From Candidatus Poribacteria bacterium (GTDB lineage: Bacteria > Poribacteria > WGA-4E > WGA-3G): a DNA stretch of 64,000 bases. Numbering within the stretch: position 1 is the stretch's first letter; every line of letters starts with the position of its first letter. The stretch spans positions 960,001-1,024,000 of the forward strand of contig OZ219753.1 in NCBI GenBank assembly GCA_964291315.2. The letters run 5' to 3'. The notes beneath the pieces were generated by a model. That model did not search any database. It had not been told where the DNA came from and worked only from the letters and a program-made list of their open reading frames with translations. Below are positions 49,848 through 59,570 of the stretch, in pieces. The position numbers and the translations under genes were made by a program.

Positions 49848-50573
49848 TTAATTTTCGGCTGCAAACCCTAACATTTCAATTTCGCTAGGCACAAGCTGCC
49901 GGACGCGAACTCGTCCGCTGGCCGCTTCCACAGCTACAGACATTACCTGATTTCGCGAGTTACGGAGATACACAAGGGTTTCCTCAGAGGTTGCGTGCGG
50001 TGAAAAATAGACGTAAGCCACGCCGGAATCGGTTTGCACGGTTCTGCCGTTGAGGCGGGTTACGATTGAGGCTAAGGCCACGTTCTGTTCCATTGCGTGC
50101 GGCACACCAAGGATACCGCTGGTACGAGACATAGGATTCTGTTGCGTGCTGTTTCTTGATGTAACATTGGCTCTCTCCATATTGTTGTTCTGGAGAGCGG
50201 CTAACACTGTTGAATTTTGAGCCGTAACCGATGACTTGAGCGGGTCGCGTGGGTTAAACGTTTCGCTAGAGGCAAGCCAATATCGGTTGCTGTCGAGATC
50301 GAAGACGACCAGGTACGTTGTCCTATCTGTTATTGCCATGTCTCTTGCAAAGGTGAGTAGACTACGGAGTGTGTGTGCAGAGGATTTTAGGCGGCGTGTT
50401 GCCGCGAAACCCTTTAGGGCGGGCATGGAAATTGCGGAGAGCACCCCGATCAACGTCAAAACAAGCAACAGCTCCGTGATTGTAAATCCCAGATTTGTGG
50501 ATAGCCTGCCCCCATTAACTGGAGATAGCTGCTGATACTTGGAAAGGTAAAAGAAGCGGTTACGATCCTTCAC
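49848..50573 (-). CDS. gspH: T2SS minor pseudopilin GspH/FimT
   Basis: GFTITELLLVL, ARDMAI, SGRVRV. Confidence 0.85.
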   Translation of the reverse strand: MKDRNRFFYLSKYQQLSPVNGGRLSTNLGFTITELLLVLTLIGVLSAISMPALKGFAATRRLKSSAHTLRSLLTFARDMAITDRTTYLVVFDLDSNRYWLASSETFNPRDPLKSSVTAQNSTVLAALQNNNMERANVTSRNSTQQNPMSRTSGILGVPHAMEQNVALASIVTRLNGRTVQTDSGVAYVYFSPHATSEETLVYLRNSRNQVMSVAVEAASGRVRVRQLVPSEIEMLGFAAEN

Positions 50574-50655
50574 ATTTCACTCCTGCCGTTAACGCTCTTG
50601 AAGTGTCTCTGATGATAACCTATAAACAAGCCTTGATAGTGCCGCGACACTGCGT

Positions 50656-51111
50656 TTAATAGACCCCGGTTGTCTCGTCAACCCAATTTGTGATGTCGGC
50701 GTCTAGGTCGGTACCGCCCACCTTGCCATCTTTGCCCATTGAGTAGAGATCGTAGTCATAGCCGTAGTGGGTGCTGGGTTGACGGTAGACGTACGGGCTA
50801 TTCCATGGATCTATGAAACTCGGACTGTCGACATAAGGTCCCTGCCAGTTTGCTGGTGCGGGGCTCGGTGCACGCCACAAAGCGTTCAGTCCTTGCTCTG
50901 TTGTTGGGTATTCGCCTGTTGTTATTGCGTACTGCTCTAATGCGGTTTTAATGCCGTTAATTTCGGTTTGCGCTTTTGCAACTTTTGCCTGTTGCGGTGC
51001 GTTTATCACACGCGGTGCGATAAAGGCTGCGAGGATACCTAGGATAACAATCACGATTGTGAGTTCGATTAAGGTTAGCCCAGATTCGTCGGATTTCAAG
51101 GACGTGTACAT
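50656..51111 (-). CDS. gspG: T2SS major pseudopilin
   Basis: GLTLIELTIVI, YPTTEQGLNAL, WQGPY, DPWNSPYVY, YDLYSMGKDGKVGG, DITNW. Confidence 0.96.
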   Translation of the reverse strand: MYTSLKSDESGLTLIELTIVIVILGILAAFIAPRVINAPQQAKVAKAQTEINGIKTALEQYAITTGEYPTTEQGLNALWRAPSPAPANWQGPYVDSPSFIDPWNSPYVYRQPSTHYGYDYDLYSMGKDGKVGGTDLDADITNWVDETTGVY

Positions 51112-51214
51112 TTTTCTGTTTCTCCTCTATTGGCTATCAGTCGACCGCTTCACCGGCCGCAGTTGTTTAGAACACGTTTGATTAAACAGTGTCCATTTTA
51201 ATGCGTATCGGCTG

Positions 51215-52441
51215 TTAATTGCTGAATAGCTGGTTTGCCTCAAAGATTGGGAGAATCATCGCAACGGCGATAAACCCGATAATAATTCCCATCAGCAAAA
51301 TAACAAGGGGACCGATAGAGCTCGTTAAGCGTTCAAGACTTTTCTTTATTTCTAAGTCATAATATTCAGAAAGTTTGGTGAGCAGGTGAACGGGTTCCCC
51401 TGATTCTTCGCCGACGGCTACCATATGTGTGACGAATTCGGGGAAATCCTTACTTTTTCCAAGCTCGCGTGAAAGGGTAGAGCCCTGTTCAACTTCTACT
51501 TCTGCCGCCGCGATCACATTTCTGTAGACTTTGTTACCAACTGTGTCTTTGACGACTCGGAGTGCGGGTAACATGCGCACGCCGTTTTCTAATAATGTTG
51601 CCATTGTGCGTGTGAAACGCACGATAGCAAACGTGCTAAAAATAGGCCCTATGAGGGGCAATTTGAGTTTCAATCTGTCAAACCAAACCTGACCTGTCTC
51701 CCGTTGAAGATACTGTCTTAATCCTGCTGAGCCTATGATAACAGCTAGGAGTGCTAGCCATCCGTAATTTTGAAAAGCGGTTGTTCCATTAATGAGGATT
51801 TGGGTTGGAAGCGGTAACGCCACCCCCAAATCGTTGAACATTGCAGTGAAATTCGGTATAACAAATATCATAAGCACTATAACAGCGGTGACACTAAGTG
51901 TCAATAAGATTGCTGGATAAAAGAGAGCTGAAACGACATCATTTTTTAGGAGTCGCTGTCGTTCTGCAAATTCCGCTAGGCGTTCTAGGACTAGGCCGAG
52001 CACCCCGCCGCTTTCCCCGGCGCGAACCATATTAACATAGAGATTTGAAAACGCTCTGGGATGTTCCGTGAGTGCGTCGTGAAACGTTGCCCCGTGTTCA
52101 ACTTCGTGTTTGACTTGTGACACAATGCGGTGGAGCACAGGGCTCTGGATTTGTCCGAGCGTAACCTCTAAGGCGCGCGGCAGTGGGACGTGTGCGTTTA
52201 CGAGCGTTGCCAGCTGGTATGTAAAGAATTCGACATCTGCGGCTTTGAGCCTGCGTTGACCGAGCTGGAGCCACCGTCGTATATCAGCTGAAGCGGTTTT
52301 TTCTGTTTCCTCGACGATATTTGTCGGCCAGTACCCCATTTGGCGCAGCCGGGAGATCAGCTGGGCTTTCGATTCAGCCTCCAAGGTATTGTTAACTGTT
52401 CCGCCACTATGTGTGACTGCTTCGTATCGGAATAGCGGCAC
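51215..52441 (-). CDS. gspF: T2SS inner-membrane platform protein
   Basis: QLATLV, YVNMVRAGESGG, ALFYP, VGEESG, AMILPIF. Confidence 0.95.
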   Translation of the reverse strand: MPLFRYEAVTHSGGTVNNTLEAESKAQLISRLRQMGYWPTNIVEETEKTASADIRRWLQLGQRRLKAADVEFFTYQLATLVNAHVPLPRALEVTLGQIQSPVLHRIVSQVKHEVEHGATFHDALTEHPRAFSNLYVNMVRAGESGGVLGLVLERLAEFAERQRLLKNDVVSALFYPAILLTLSVTAVIVLMIFVIPNFTAMFNDLGVALPLPTQILINGTTAFQNYGWLALLAVIIGSAGLRQYLQRETGQVWFDRLKLKLPLIGPIFSTFAIVRFTRTMATLLENGVRMLPALRVVKDTVGNKVYRNVIAAAEVEVEQGSTLSRELGKSKDFPEFVTHMVAVGEESGEPVHLLTKLSEYYDLEIKKSLERLTSSIGPLVILLMGIIIGFIAVAMILPIFEANQLFSN

Positions 52442-52491
52442 AATGCATCCTCCGTTATATTTTTTGACAGTAGGGATGGCCTAAAAACGTT

Positions 52492-54258
52492 TCAGATTTC
52501 CCCGGTGCCGAGGTCAAATTCGTCTTCCTGTGTTAAGCGAATCACTTCTTCAACAGTTGTCAAACCTGCGGCAACTTTGTGCCAGCCATCTTCGCGCAGG
52601 CTTCTCATCCCCAATCGGATCGCGAGACGCCGGATTTCACTTGTTGATGCCTGTTTAAGCGCTGTTGCGCGGATTTCTTCGGTCATGAACAGCACTTCAA
52701 AAATGCCGATTCTTCCTCTGTAACCACGTCCGCGGCACTCCTTGCAGCCGACGGCTTTGGGAATCTTCACGTCTGGACGGATGAAGTCAGCGTCACCGTT
52801 ACCCATAATTTCAGTGAGCTCATGCGTTTCAGGTGCATACATCTCGCAACAGTGCTTGCAAACCCGGCGGGCAAGCCGTTGGGCTATAATGCCCTCGACG
52901 GTGGAGGCGACGAGATAAGGTTCAACCTTCATGTCGATAAGTCGTGTAATAGCGCCGGGTGCATCGTTGGTGTGAAGCGTGCTAAACACAAGATGTCCTG
53001 TAAGCGAGGTATGAATTGCCATTTCTGCGGTTTCGTAATCTCGAATTTCGCCGACCAGTACCTTGTCAGGGTCCTGCCGTAAAATATGGCGGAGTCCGTC
53101 GGCAAAGGTAAAGTCGATATCCGGGTTCACCTGAATCTGGTTGATCCCCTCTAGTTCGTACTCCACCGGGTCCTCAAGCGTAATGATTTTTACATCTGGG
53201 GAGTTGATCTCTTTCAAGCATGCATAAAGCGAGGTTGTTTTGCCACTGCCCGTGGGACCTGTTGCGAGAATAATACCGTGCGGTTTGCGAATCATACGGT
53301 GGAAAAGGTCGAGGTTATTCGCAGTTAACCCGAGTTCTTCAAGCCCGAACTCAATGGACTGTCGATCGAGGATACGGAGTACAACACTTTCGCCGTGCAG
53401 GGTGGCAACAGTTGGGACGGTGGAGACACGGAGGTCTATCTGTCGATTCCCGACGCTGCCGATCTGTCGGCTAATTTTGCCATCTTGGGGCCGTCTTCGC
53501 TCTGCGACGTCCATACCGGCCATAATTTTCACACGAGAGGTGATCGCTGATTGTAAGTAGGCGGGCGGCTGTGGTTGATTTTCCAAGACGCCGTCAACAC
53601 GGAACCGAATTTTCAGCTGCGTTGGGTAGGGTTCAATGTGTATATCACTGGCTCCCATTCGAACCGCGTCAATGATCATCTGGTCAACGGCATGGATGAC
53701 TGTTGGGTCTTGGCTGAGGTCTTTCTCATCAATGCCGAAGTCATCAATTGTTTCACGTTCAAGCGTAGTTGTGGCGCCAACTGGCCCCTTGATACCGGCG
53801 CTGAGAAGGCTCTCTGCTGTACGCCCGTAAAGACGAACAATTGCCTCATCGATGTCGGCTTCATCGGCAAGGACTGGTACGACTTGGCAGTTCGTGATAA
53901 GCTGGAGCTCGTCAATGAGCACGACATTCAAAACATCTGCCATTGCAACGGTGAGCTCGTCGTCCACTAATTCTATAGGCACAATCTTATTGCGGTATGC
54001 GAATCCTGGAGAGACTTTTTCAAGCACGGCAGTTTCGGGGAGAATAGTTTCCAGCTGTGTGAAAGGTGTTCCGTATTCCACCCCTTTTGTGGCGAGTGCG
54101 AGGATTTCAGGTGAGACACCGTGCTTGGAAAGCACAGAGGTTTCGGAGGCGCCGGTCTGTTTTATTTCGCTGACAATGTTTTGATAGTCTTGCTCGGAGA
54201 TTGCGGATGCGTGTCGGACCATTTCAACAAGAGAGGCTGTGTTGAGTGTCTGTTGCAT
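52492..54258 (-). CDS. gspE: T2SS/T4P assembly ATPase
   Basis: ASDIHIEP, RRPQDG, GPTGSGKTTSLY, EDPVEY, LRQDPD, GEIRD, TGHLVFSTLHTND, tetra-Cys; start uncertain (54258 or 54279). Confidence 0.95.
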   Translation of the reverse strand: MQQTLNTASLVEMVRHASAISEQDYQNIVSEIKQTGASETSVLSKHGVSPEILALATKGVEYGTPFTQLETILPETAVLEKVSPGFAYRNKIVPIELVDDELTVAMADVLNVVLIDELQLITNCQVVPVLADEADIDEAIVRLYGRTAESLLSAGIKGPVGATTTLERETIDDFGIDEKDLSQDPTVIHAVDQMIIDAVRMGASDIHIEPYPTQLKIRFRVDGVLENQPQPPAYLQSAITSRVKIMAGMDVAERRRPQDGKISRQIGSVGNRQIDLRVSTVPTVATLHGESVVLRILDRQSIEFGLEELGLTANNLDLFHRMIRKPHGIILATGPTGSGKTTSLYACLKEINSPDVKIITLEDPVEYELEGINQIQVNPDIDFTFADGLRHILRQDPDKVLVGEIRDYETAEMAIHTSLTGHLVFSTLHTNDAPGAITRLIDMKVEPYLVASTVEGIIAQRLARRVCKHCCEMYAPETHELTEIMGNGDADFIRPDVKIPKAVGCKECRGRGYRGRIGIFEVLFMTEEIRATALKQASTSEIRRLAIRLGMRSLREDGWHKVAAGLTTVEEVIRLTQEDEFDLGTGEI

Positions 54259-54357
54259 GATGTGTATGCTCCAATACATGAACCCACTAGAGCGATTCCC
54301 GCTCTATTTTTCTGTTAGTACGTCAACTTTTTGAACGATTCTCGCCTCTATTTTTAA

Positions 54358-54383
54358 GACGTAACAGGGGCGAATAAGTTTAA
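54358..54383 (-). promoter_or_regulatory. Possible ECF-type promoter for the T2SS operon
   Basis: Minus strand TTAAAC-N16-CGTC about 100 nt upstream of gspE. Confidence 0.35.
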
Positions 54384-54454
54384 CACGGGTCTAAAACAGA
54401 TTCTTTAGTCTTAAAGAAAAACTGTTGGATATCATAAGGGTTAATATATACTAT

Positions 54455-55768
54455 TTACAGCAGTTTGTCACGGAAAACCATATTTCGCTCTTGCAGCTGC
54501 TGTTTTAGATATTCCTGTGGGCGATCGCCTTTAAGTGAGTTGCACGCAGCGCAAAGGAGCTGGAGGTTTGCAATATGGTCGGTTCCGCCTTTAGATTGCG
54601 GTTGAATATGATCTATCGTTAGATTTCGGAAGGGCAGCAGGTAATCACATCCGGCGCATCTGCCCTCTTGAATGCCGTAGAGTTGATGTTTATGCTCCCG
54701 CGCCCCCGGAAGTCGTCTTTGGACGGCAGTGTGCGGTTGGTCGGTTCTGGATGGCGCGGTGCTGGTCACTGTGACATCTGACATCTTGACCGGCGATAAT
54801 AGACTGCCCTGCTGACTCGCCTCGTCAAGCCGCAGCTTCGTGATAACCTCGGCAGAAGGCGAAATATCTATGCCGATCCACTGCCTGTCCAGCTGCTCTG
54901 CTGCGACACAAGCGGTGGCACATCCACAGAACGGGTCTAAGAGGATGTCCCCGACGTTAGACGATGCCTTGATGACGCGTTTAAGCAGCTTTAACGGTTT
55001 TTGGGTCGGATAGCCGGTTCGTTCATGTGACGAGGTGTTGAGCTGCAGCCCATCTTCGACCCAGAGCGACCCAACCGCTGCCCCTGGTTGCTCATCTAAA
55101 TAGATGCGTCGTTGCTCACCCGTGAGTTGATAGCGCCTACCCCGACTGAGTCGATAAGGTCTGCCATCTTCATCAGTGTACTTGTAACTCTTTTTTATTT
55201 CTCTATCTGAAATAGGTAAATAGAAGGGTGAGAAGAAGCTGTCGCGGCTTTTAGCATAGAAGAGTATAGTATCATGCTGTGTGGCGAACTTACGTGTTGC
55301 GTTGTTTTTCCTGCCGCCATATTTTCTCCAAACAATCTCATTGCGGAAGTTCTTCCTGCCGAAGAGACCGTCCATTACCAATTTCAAGTAGTGGCTTGCG
55401 GTTGGATCGCAATGCAAGTAGATGCTGCCGGTTGGTTTCAATATCCGCTTCATTTCAAAGAGACGTACCGCCATCGCCATCAGGTAAATCTTCATAGAGC
55501 GATCTGAGATAACTTCAGATGCTTGAATAACCTGATAAAGTTCCTCATGGATCTCAGCAATTTCGCCGTGCCACTCGTGTTTTATGTCCTCGTCTGTCCA
55601 AATGTCTTTAAATTCGGCACCTTCAGCGGGCGATCCGATAGGTGCCTTGTATCGCCTATTGGTATTAAAAGGGGGATCGAGATAGATAAGATCGATAGAT
55701 TCAGAATTTATGCCTCGCAAAATGGGCAGATTATCCGAAATAAATAACGTTCTGTTAGATATATTCAT
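54455..55768 (-). CDS. Beta-class amino-DNA methyltransferase fused to a C-terminal HNH endonuclease (paralog 2)
   Basis: DLIYLDPPFN, YPTQKP, LDPFCGCATA; CAGC...TIDHIQPQSKGG...NLQLLCAACNSLKG. Confidence 0.9.
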   Translation of the reverse strand: MNISNRTLFISDNLPILRGINSESIDLIYLDPPFNTNRRYKAPIGSPAEGAEFKDIWTDEDIKHEWHGEIAEIHEELYQVIQASEVISDRSMKIYLMAMAVRLFEMKRILKPTGSIYLHCDPTASHYLKLVMDGLFGRKNFRNEIVWRKYGGRKNNATRKFATQHDTILFYAKSRDSFFSPFYLPISDREIKKSYKYTDEDGRPYRLSRGRRYQLTGEQRRIYLDEQPGAAVGSLWVEDGLQLNTSSHERTGYPTQKPLKLLKRVIKASSNVGDILLDPFCGCATACVAAEQLDRQWIGIDISPSAEVITKLRLDEASQQGSLLSPVKMSDVTVTSTAPSRTDQPHTAVQRRLPGAREHKHQLYGIQEGRCAGCDYLLPFRNLTIDHIQPQSKGGTDHIANLQLLCAACNSLKGDRPQEYLKQQLQERNMVFRDKLL

Positions 55769-55880
55769 AGAAAATAGGCCTTATGCTGTAATAAGCATGA
55801 GCGTGGAAGAATTAGAGCGCCAAACGGCAACGGTAATGGTATCCGGTGAAAGAAACAGAACGGTTGGTCGCTTAAACATA

Positions 55881-57029
55881 CTATTTGTTCCTCTTAATCC
55901 GTCGCATTGCTTTCCGCGCGGCGTTCCGGACCTTTTTAGCCTTATCATTGAATGCATTTTCCAATGCGGAGCGGACATCGGGCGAAGTGGCGCGCATTTC
56001 CCCGAGCTCGTCAGCTGCGTTCCGACGAACGTTTTCATGGGGGTCTTGCAGCGCTACGAGGAGTGTTTCGACAATTATTTCATGAGAGTCTGTAATTGTT
56101 TTGACGTTCTCGGCAATACCGCCGAGCACATCCACAATCCGATGGCGCACCGCAGGTGCTCTGCTCTGCTCAAATGCGTCTGCTAACATCGGAATCGCTG
56201 TGTCCATGTCGATGTTACCAAGCTCAATCAATGCGTTTTCGGCACGGTTCCGGACCGATTTAGATCTGTCTGCGAGTCTACCTATCAATGCGGTGAAAGT
56301 TTCTGAAGAAGCTGCTCGTATATCAGACAACTCATCTATGGCATTGGTTCGAACCTTTGACGATTTATCGGTGAGCCCGGCGATCAGGGCGTTGCGGATA
56401 GGATCGGTAGTTTCCCCATTTTTTGAGAGGCTTTCCCCAATACGTCCTAATAGATCAAGCACATCGGCGCGCGTCGCCGAGTCTCCTCTTGTGCGCACTG
56501 CGATAAGTGCCGGAACAACGACAGCAAGCGATTCAGCAGAGGTCGGCAGAACATCTGCTAATTCTTGGATCGCTTCGCGAAGAACGTTGTGAGAGGGGTC
56601 TTGGAGTGCTGTTGTAAGTCCGATAGCGATGGCATCAACGTTCCGTTTTGCTTTTCTTTCTCGTTCCCCGATTGCCCCTAATTTATCGGCCGCCTTCCGT
56701 CGAATCTGTTCAGATGGATCCTGGAGCATAGCGATGAGTGCAGGCGTGCCCGAATTCCCGATCTGTTGTAAGAAATCCACAAATTGCCGTTTCGCTCTAT
56801 CAGATGTGTTGGTCAAAGTTGGCACGACTTGTGCCAATAATTCGGCCTGCCATTCTGCTTGCAGTGTTCTCTGTTTCGCCTTTAAAGCGTTGAGCTCTGC
56901 TCTGAGTTGCGAGAAACTGTGTTGCCCCTCGGCGGTTGCTTTCTGAAATTGGATGAGTTGACCGCTTCCCAAACCGATCAAAATACCGATAACTGTTGTT
57001 ATAACCCAGAACCATCGTCTCTGAATCAC
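55881..57029 (-). CDS. Membrane-anchored HEAT-repeat protein
   Basis: N-terminal TM, coiled coil, about 7 LxDxxxxVRxxAxxxL repeats; AAGGAGG RBS. Confidence 0.9.
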   Translation of the reverse strand: MIQRRWFWVITTVIGILIGLGSGQLIQFQKATAEGQHSFSQLRAELNALKAKQRTLQAEWQAELLAQVVPTLTNTSDRAKRQFVDFLQQIGNSGTPALIAMLQDPSEQIRRKAADKLGAIGERERKAKRNVDAIAIGLTTALQDPSHNVLREAIQELADVLPTSAESLAVVVPALIAVRTRGDSATRADVLDLLGRIGESLSKNGETTDPIRNALIAGLTDKSSKVRTNAIDELSDIRAASSETFTALIGRLADRSKSVRNRAENALIELGNIDMDTAIPMLADAFEQSRAPAVRHRIVDVLGGIAENVKTITDSHEIIVETLLVALQDPHENVRRNAADELGEMRATSPDVRSALENAFNDKAKKVRNAARKAMRRIKRNK

Positions 57030-57063
57030 AGCTGTGCCTCCTTGAGCGTTTTAATGTGACAGT

Positions 57064-58830
57064 CTATTGTTGTTCCATACGCCAAATGAAGAATGGGATT
57101 AATCTTGCGAGGGCTTCAAGTGCGGTGCTGCTTCGCGATAGGGTCATTTCTAACGAGGCTTCCTCCTCTTTAACCGAGATCCAGGCTAGCAGGGGCGAAG
57201 CCTCGCTGGGATTGACGAGAACCCTATCAGGAGGGGGTGGTTCCTTCTCAAGCACCAATGCCCGCGCCACATTCAGTTGTGCGACGGCGACAGTAGATTC
57301 TGGGGTCTCCTTGAAGTGAAGGGAACGTTTACTGTTTCTGATTTCATCGATGAGTGCATGTATCTGCTCCGTCGAGAAACCCAAAATAGAGAGGCCGTCC
57401 ACCTCGCTATAGTGCATATTTGTTGCGAAGGTAGATACTGTTAACCCGTTATAGTCGTTTCGAGAAACAGCGAGATCATGTAAGTTGGAAACACTGTTGT
57501 TCAATTGGTTCCATTTCACGGCGTTGCTGGCATCAAAAATAAGAGCGCCTTGTGTGTTGATACCTTCCGCATCTAAACGCAACGCGCCGTCGAACCCAAT
57601 TTCTAGATTTTCCAAGGTACTCGGGTCCAACTCGGCAAGGTCGTGTACTGATATGGCTAGTTCGCCCGTTAGGCCTGGGATGATATCCTCTTCCAAGTTC
57701 AGTTTTAAAAGATTTTCGAAAAAAGAGACGGTTGTATGGGTACCGCCGTCGGTCTCTTCAGCGATGGATTTGCTAAGTAATTGCCAGATAAATTCAGAGA
57801 CTACGGGTGAGATAGCCACGAACAAGTCTTCCTCTGTAGATACGGCTTTGACCGTTTTGAACGGATTTGCGGCTTTCACGCGATGTTGGAGGTTTGGATA
57901 TAAGTCATGGAGCTGCTCGATGGCGTGCTGCGTAAATTGTCCGTGCAGCGTGAAGAACTTGCCGCTCTCTAACAGATCGAGTTCTCCGAACAGAACTTCC
58001 AATAATTTAATATCCTCCAAGAATATTATAATTTCCTCTAAGTCATTCAGGTCTGTGCGCTCTCTCTCTATTGATAAACCGTTTAAGGTCTGCTGTACGT
58101 CGCAAAAAAGGGATACTTGTGCGGATCTCGATTTTTGGGATATGTGTGCGTAGCGGGTATTTTCTGCTATTGAGGGGGCTTCCTTCTTGAGGGTATCCAG
58201 TAGCTTCTCAAAGGCTCCGTCGCCGGCCCCTGCTATGAGAAAGTCGTCCACAAATCCGTACTTGATGTTTTGTCCTTCCAGCTCCATCAGGTTGTAGTGA
58301 ACTTTCCGGTATTTGCCGGCGTTTCTGTGAAGGGTATTTGCCTCGCCCATACCTACGAACCCCTCCACAATTTTGATAAGTCGTTGGAGTTCGCCGCGGT
58401 TCCCGCCTGAGTGTATAATCACGCCGATTTGTAGAGCGTCATCTGTATTTGACCATAGCGTCATTGCGGTGCGGTAGCCTATTGATTCAATTATGCTCAG
58501 CAGGTCTGTGCCAAGGATCCCTTGCACCATCGCTGCTCCTTGTTGTATGTCTCCGAACGCTGGCGTTTCTGACAATTGCCCAAACACTTTCTCCCAATCT
58601 TCAGAAGTCTCGATCTCGTTGTAGATTTCATCTATATCCTGTAGCTTGAGGTAGAAAAAGCTATCTTGTGGTATCAGGTCTTCCATTTTTGCGGCATCCA
58701 CAAAAGAGGCTGTTAACAGTAAAATGAGTACACAGCAGCTCAGGAGAACCGCCTCCAAGCGACGGCGCAGCGCTTCCTTTTGAGATCGAATAGCCGCGTG
58801 TCTGTTTTTTTGTAAAGAACTTGTGTTCAT
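57064..58830 (-). CDS. Secreted hypothetical protein (DUF3352-like)
   Basis: Signal/TM segment, LIPQDSFFY, internally duplicated domain with LTGELAIS; family call tentative. Confidence 0.6.
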   Translation of the reverse strand: MNTSSLQKNRHAAIRSQKEALRRRLEAVLLSCCVLILLLTASFVDAAKMEDLIPQDSFFYLKLQDIDEIYNEIETSEDWEKVFGQLSETPAFGDIQQGAAMVQGILGTDLLSIIESIGYRTAMTLWSNTDDALQIGVIIHSGGNRGELQRLIKIVEGFVGMGEANTLHRNAGKYRKVHYNLMELEGQNIKYGFVDDFLIAGAGDGAFEKLLDTLKKEAPSIAENTRYAHISQKSRSAQVSLFCDVQQTLNGLSIERERTDLNDLEEIIIFLEDIKLLEVLFGELDLLESGKFFTLHGQFTQHAIEQLHDLYPNLQHRVKAANPFKTVKAVSTEEDLFVAISPVVSEFIWQLLSKSIAEETDGGTHTTVSFFENLLKLNLEEDIIPGLTGELAISVHDLAELDPSTLENLEIGFDGALRLDAEGINTQGALIFDASNAVKWNQLNNSVSNLHDLAVSRNDYNGLTVSTFATNMHYSEVDGLSILGFSTEQIHALIDEIRNSKRSLHFKETPESTVAVAQLNVARALVLEKEPPPPDRVLVNPSEASPLLAWISVKEEEASLEMTLSRSSTALEALARLIPFFIWRMEQQ

Positions 58831-59447
58831 TGAAACCCTCCGTTTTTTTTGACTTTATAATAATTTTCAGGGAACATCAGTCGTTCAACATGCTCTATCA
58901 GGATGTGCAATACCTTAATGTGAATTTCTTGGATGCGATCTGGGGTGTTGCCGGGGGCGATAAGGTAAATATCAGCGTATTCTTTGAGTTTTCCGCCATC
59001 TCCGCCGATCAATCCAAACACGCGTGCGTTGAGTGATTTCGCTGTTTCGGCTGCTCGAACGACATTGGCTGAGTTCCCGCTTGTTGAGAGCGCTACCAAT
59101 AGGTCGCCGGGCTGTGCGAGTGCGGATAACGGGCGTGCAAAGATTTCTTGAAAGCCGAAGTCGTTTGCTGTACAAGTGATATGTCCTGCGTCGCTGAGGG
59201 CGATCACTGGTAGCGGTTGCCGATTGTGTCGAAATTTTCCGGTGCATTCTTCAGCAAAATGGACTGCGTCACACAAGCTTCCGCCGTTTCCACAGGTGAA
59301 GATTCTGCCTTGCTGTTCAAACACATCGTGCATCATTTCTGCGGTTTTCGCGATGGTTGCGATATTTTCGGGGTTTTGCGTAAAGCGGTATAGTGCATCT
59401 TGTGCGTCTAAAAGTGCTTTGCGAATTGTTGTATCCAAACTCTCCAT
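58827..59447 (-). CDS. gmhA: Phosphoheptose isomerase
   Basis: CGNGGSLCDAVHFAEE, TANDFGF, STSGNSANV, DRIQEIH. Confidence 0.95.
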   Translation of the reverse strand: MESLDTTIRKALLDAQDALYRFTQNPENIATIAKTAEMMHDVFEQQGRIFTCGNGGSLCDAVHFAEECTGKFRHNRQPLPVIALSDAGHITCTANDFGFQEIFARPLSALAQPGDLLVALSTSGNSANVVRAAETAKSLNARVFGLIGGDGGKLKEYADIYLIAPGNTPDRIQEIHIKVLHILIEHVERLMFPENYYKVKKNGGFQ

Positions 59448-59570
59448 TATCTCACCTGTTTTCGTTGGGTTGACAATACTCACAGTAAACGTGTTAAGGT
59501 GTGTTCTGCTTTTCCGCTAGCTATTGGCTGCAGGCTCTGGTTTGCGCCCTTTTGGCTTTTAAGTTGGCTC

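Noticed and set aside
56101-58153. Long plus-strand ORFs (56101-56592, 57485-58153)
   Set aside because: Antisense shadows of the HEAT-repeat and DUF3352-like genes
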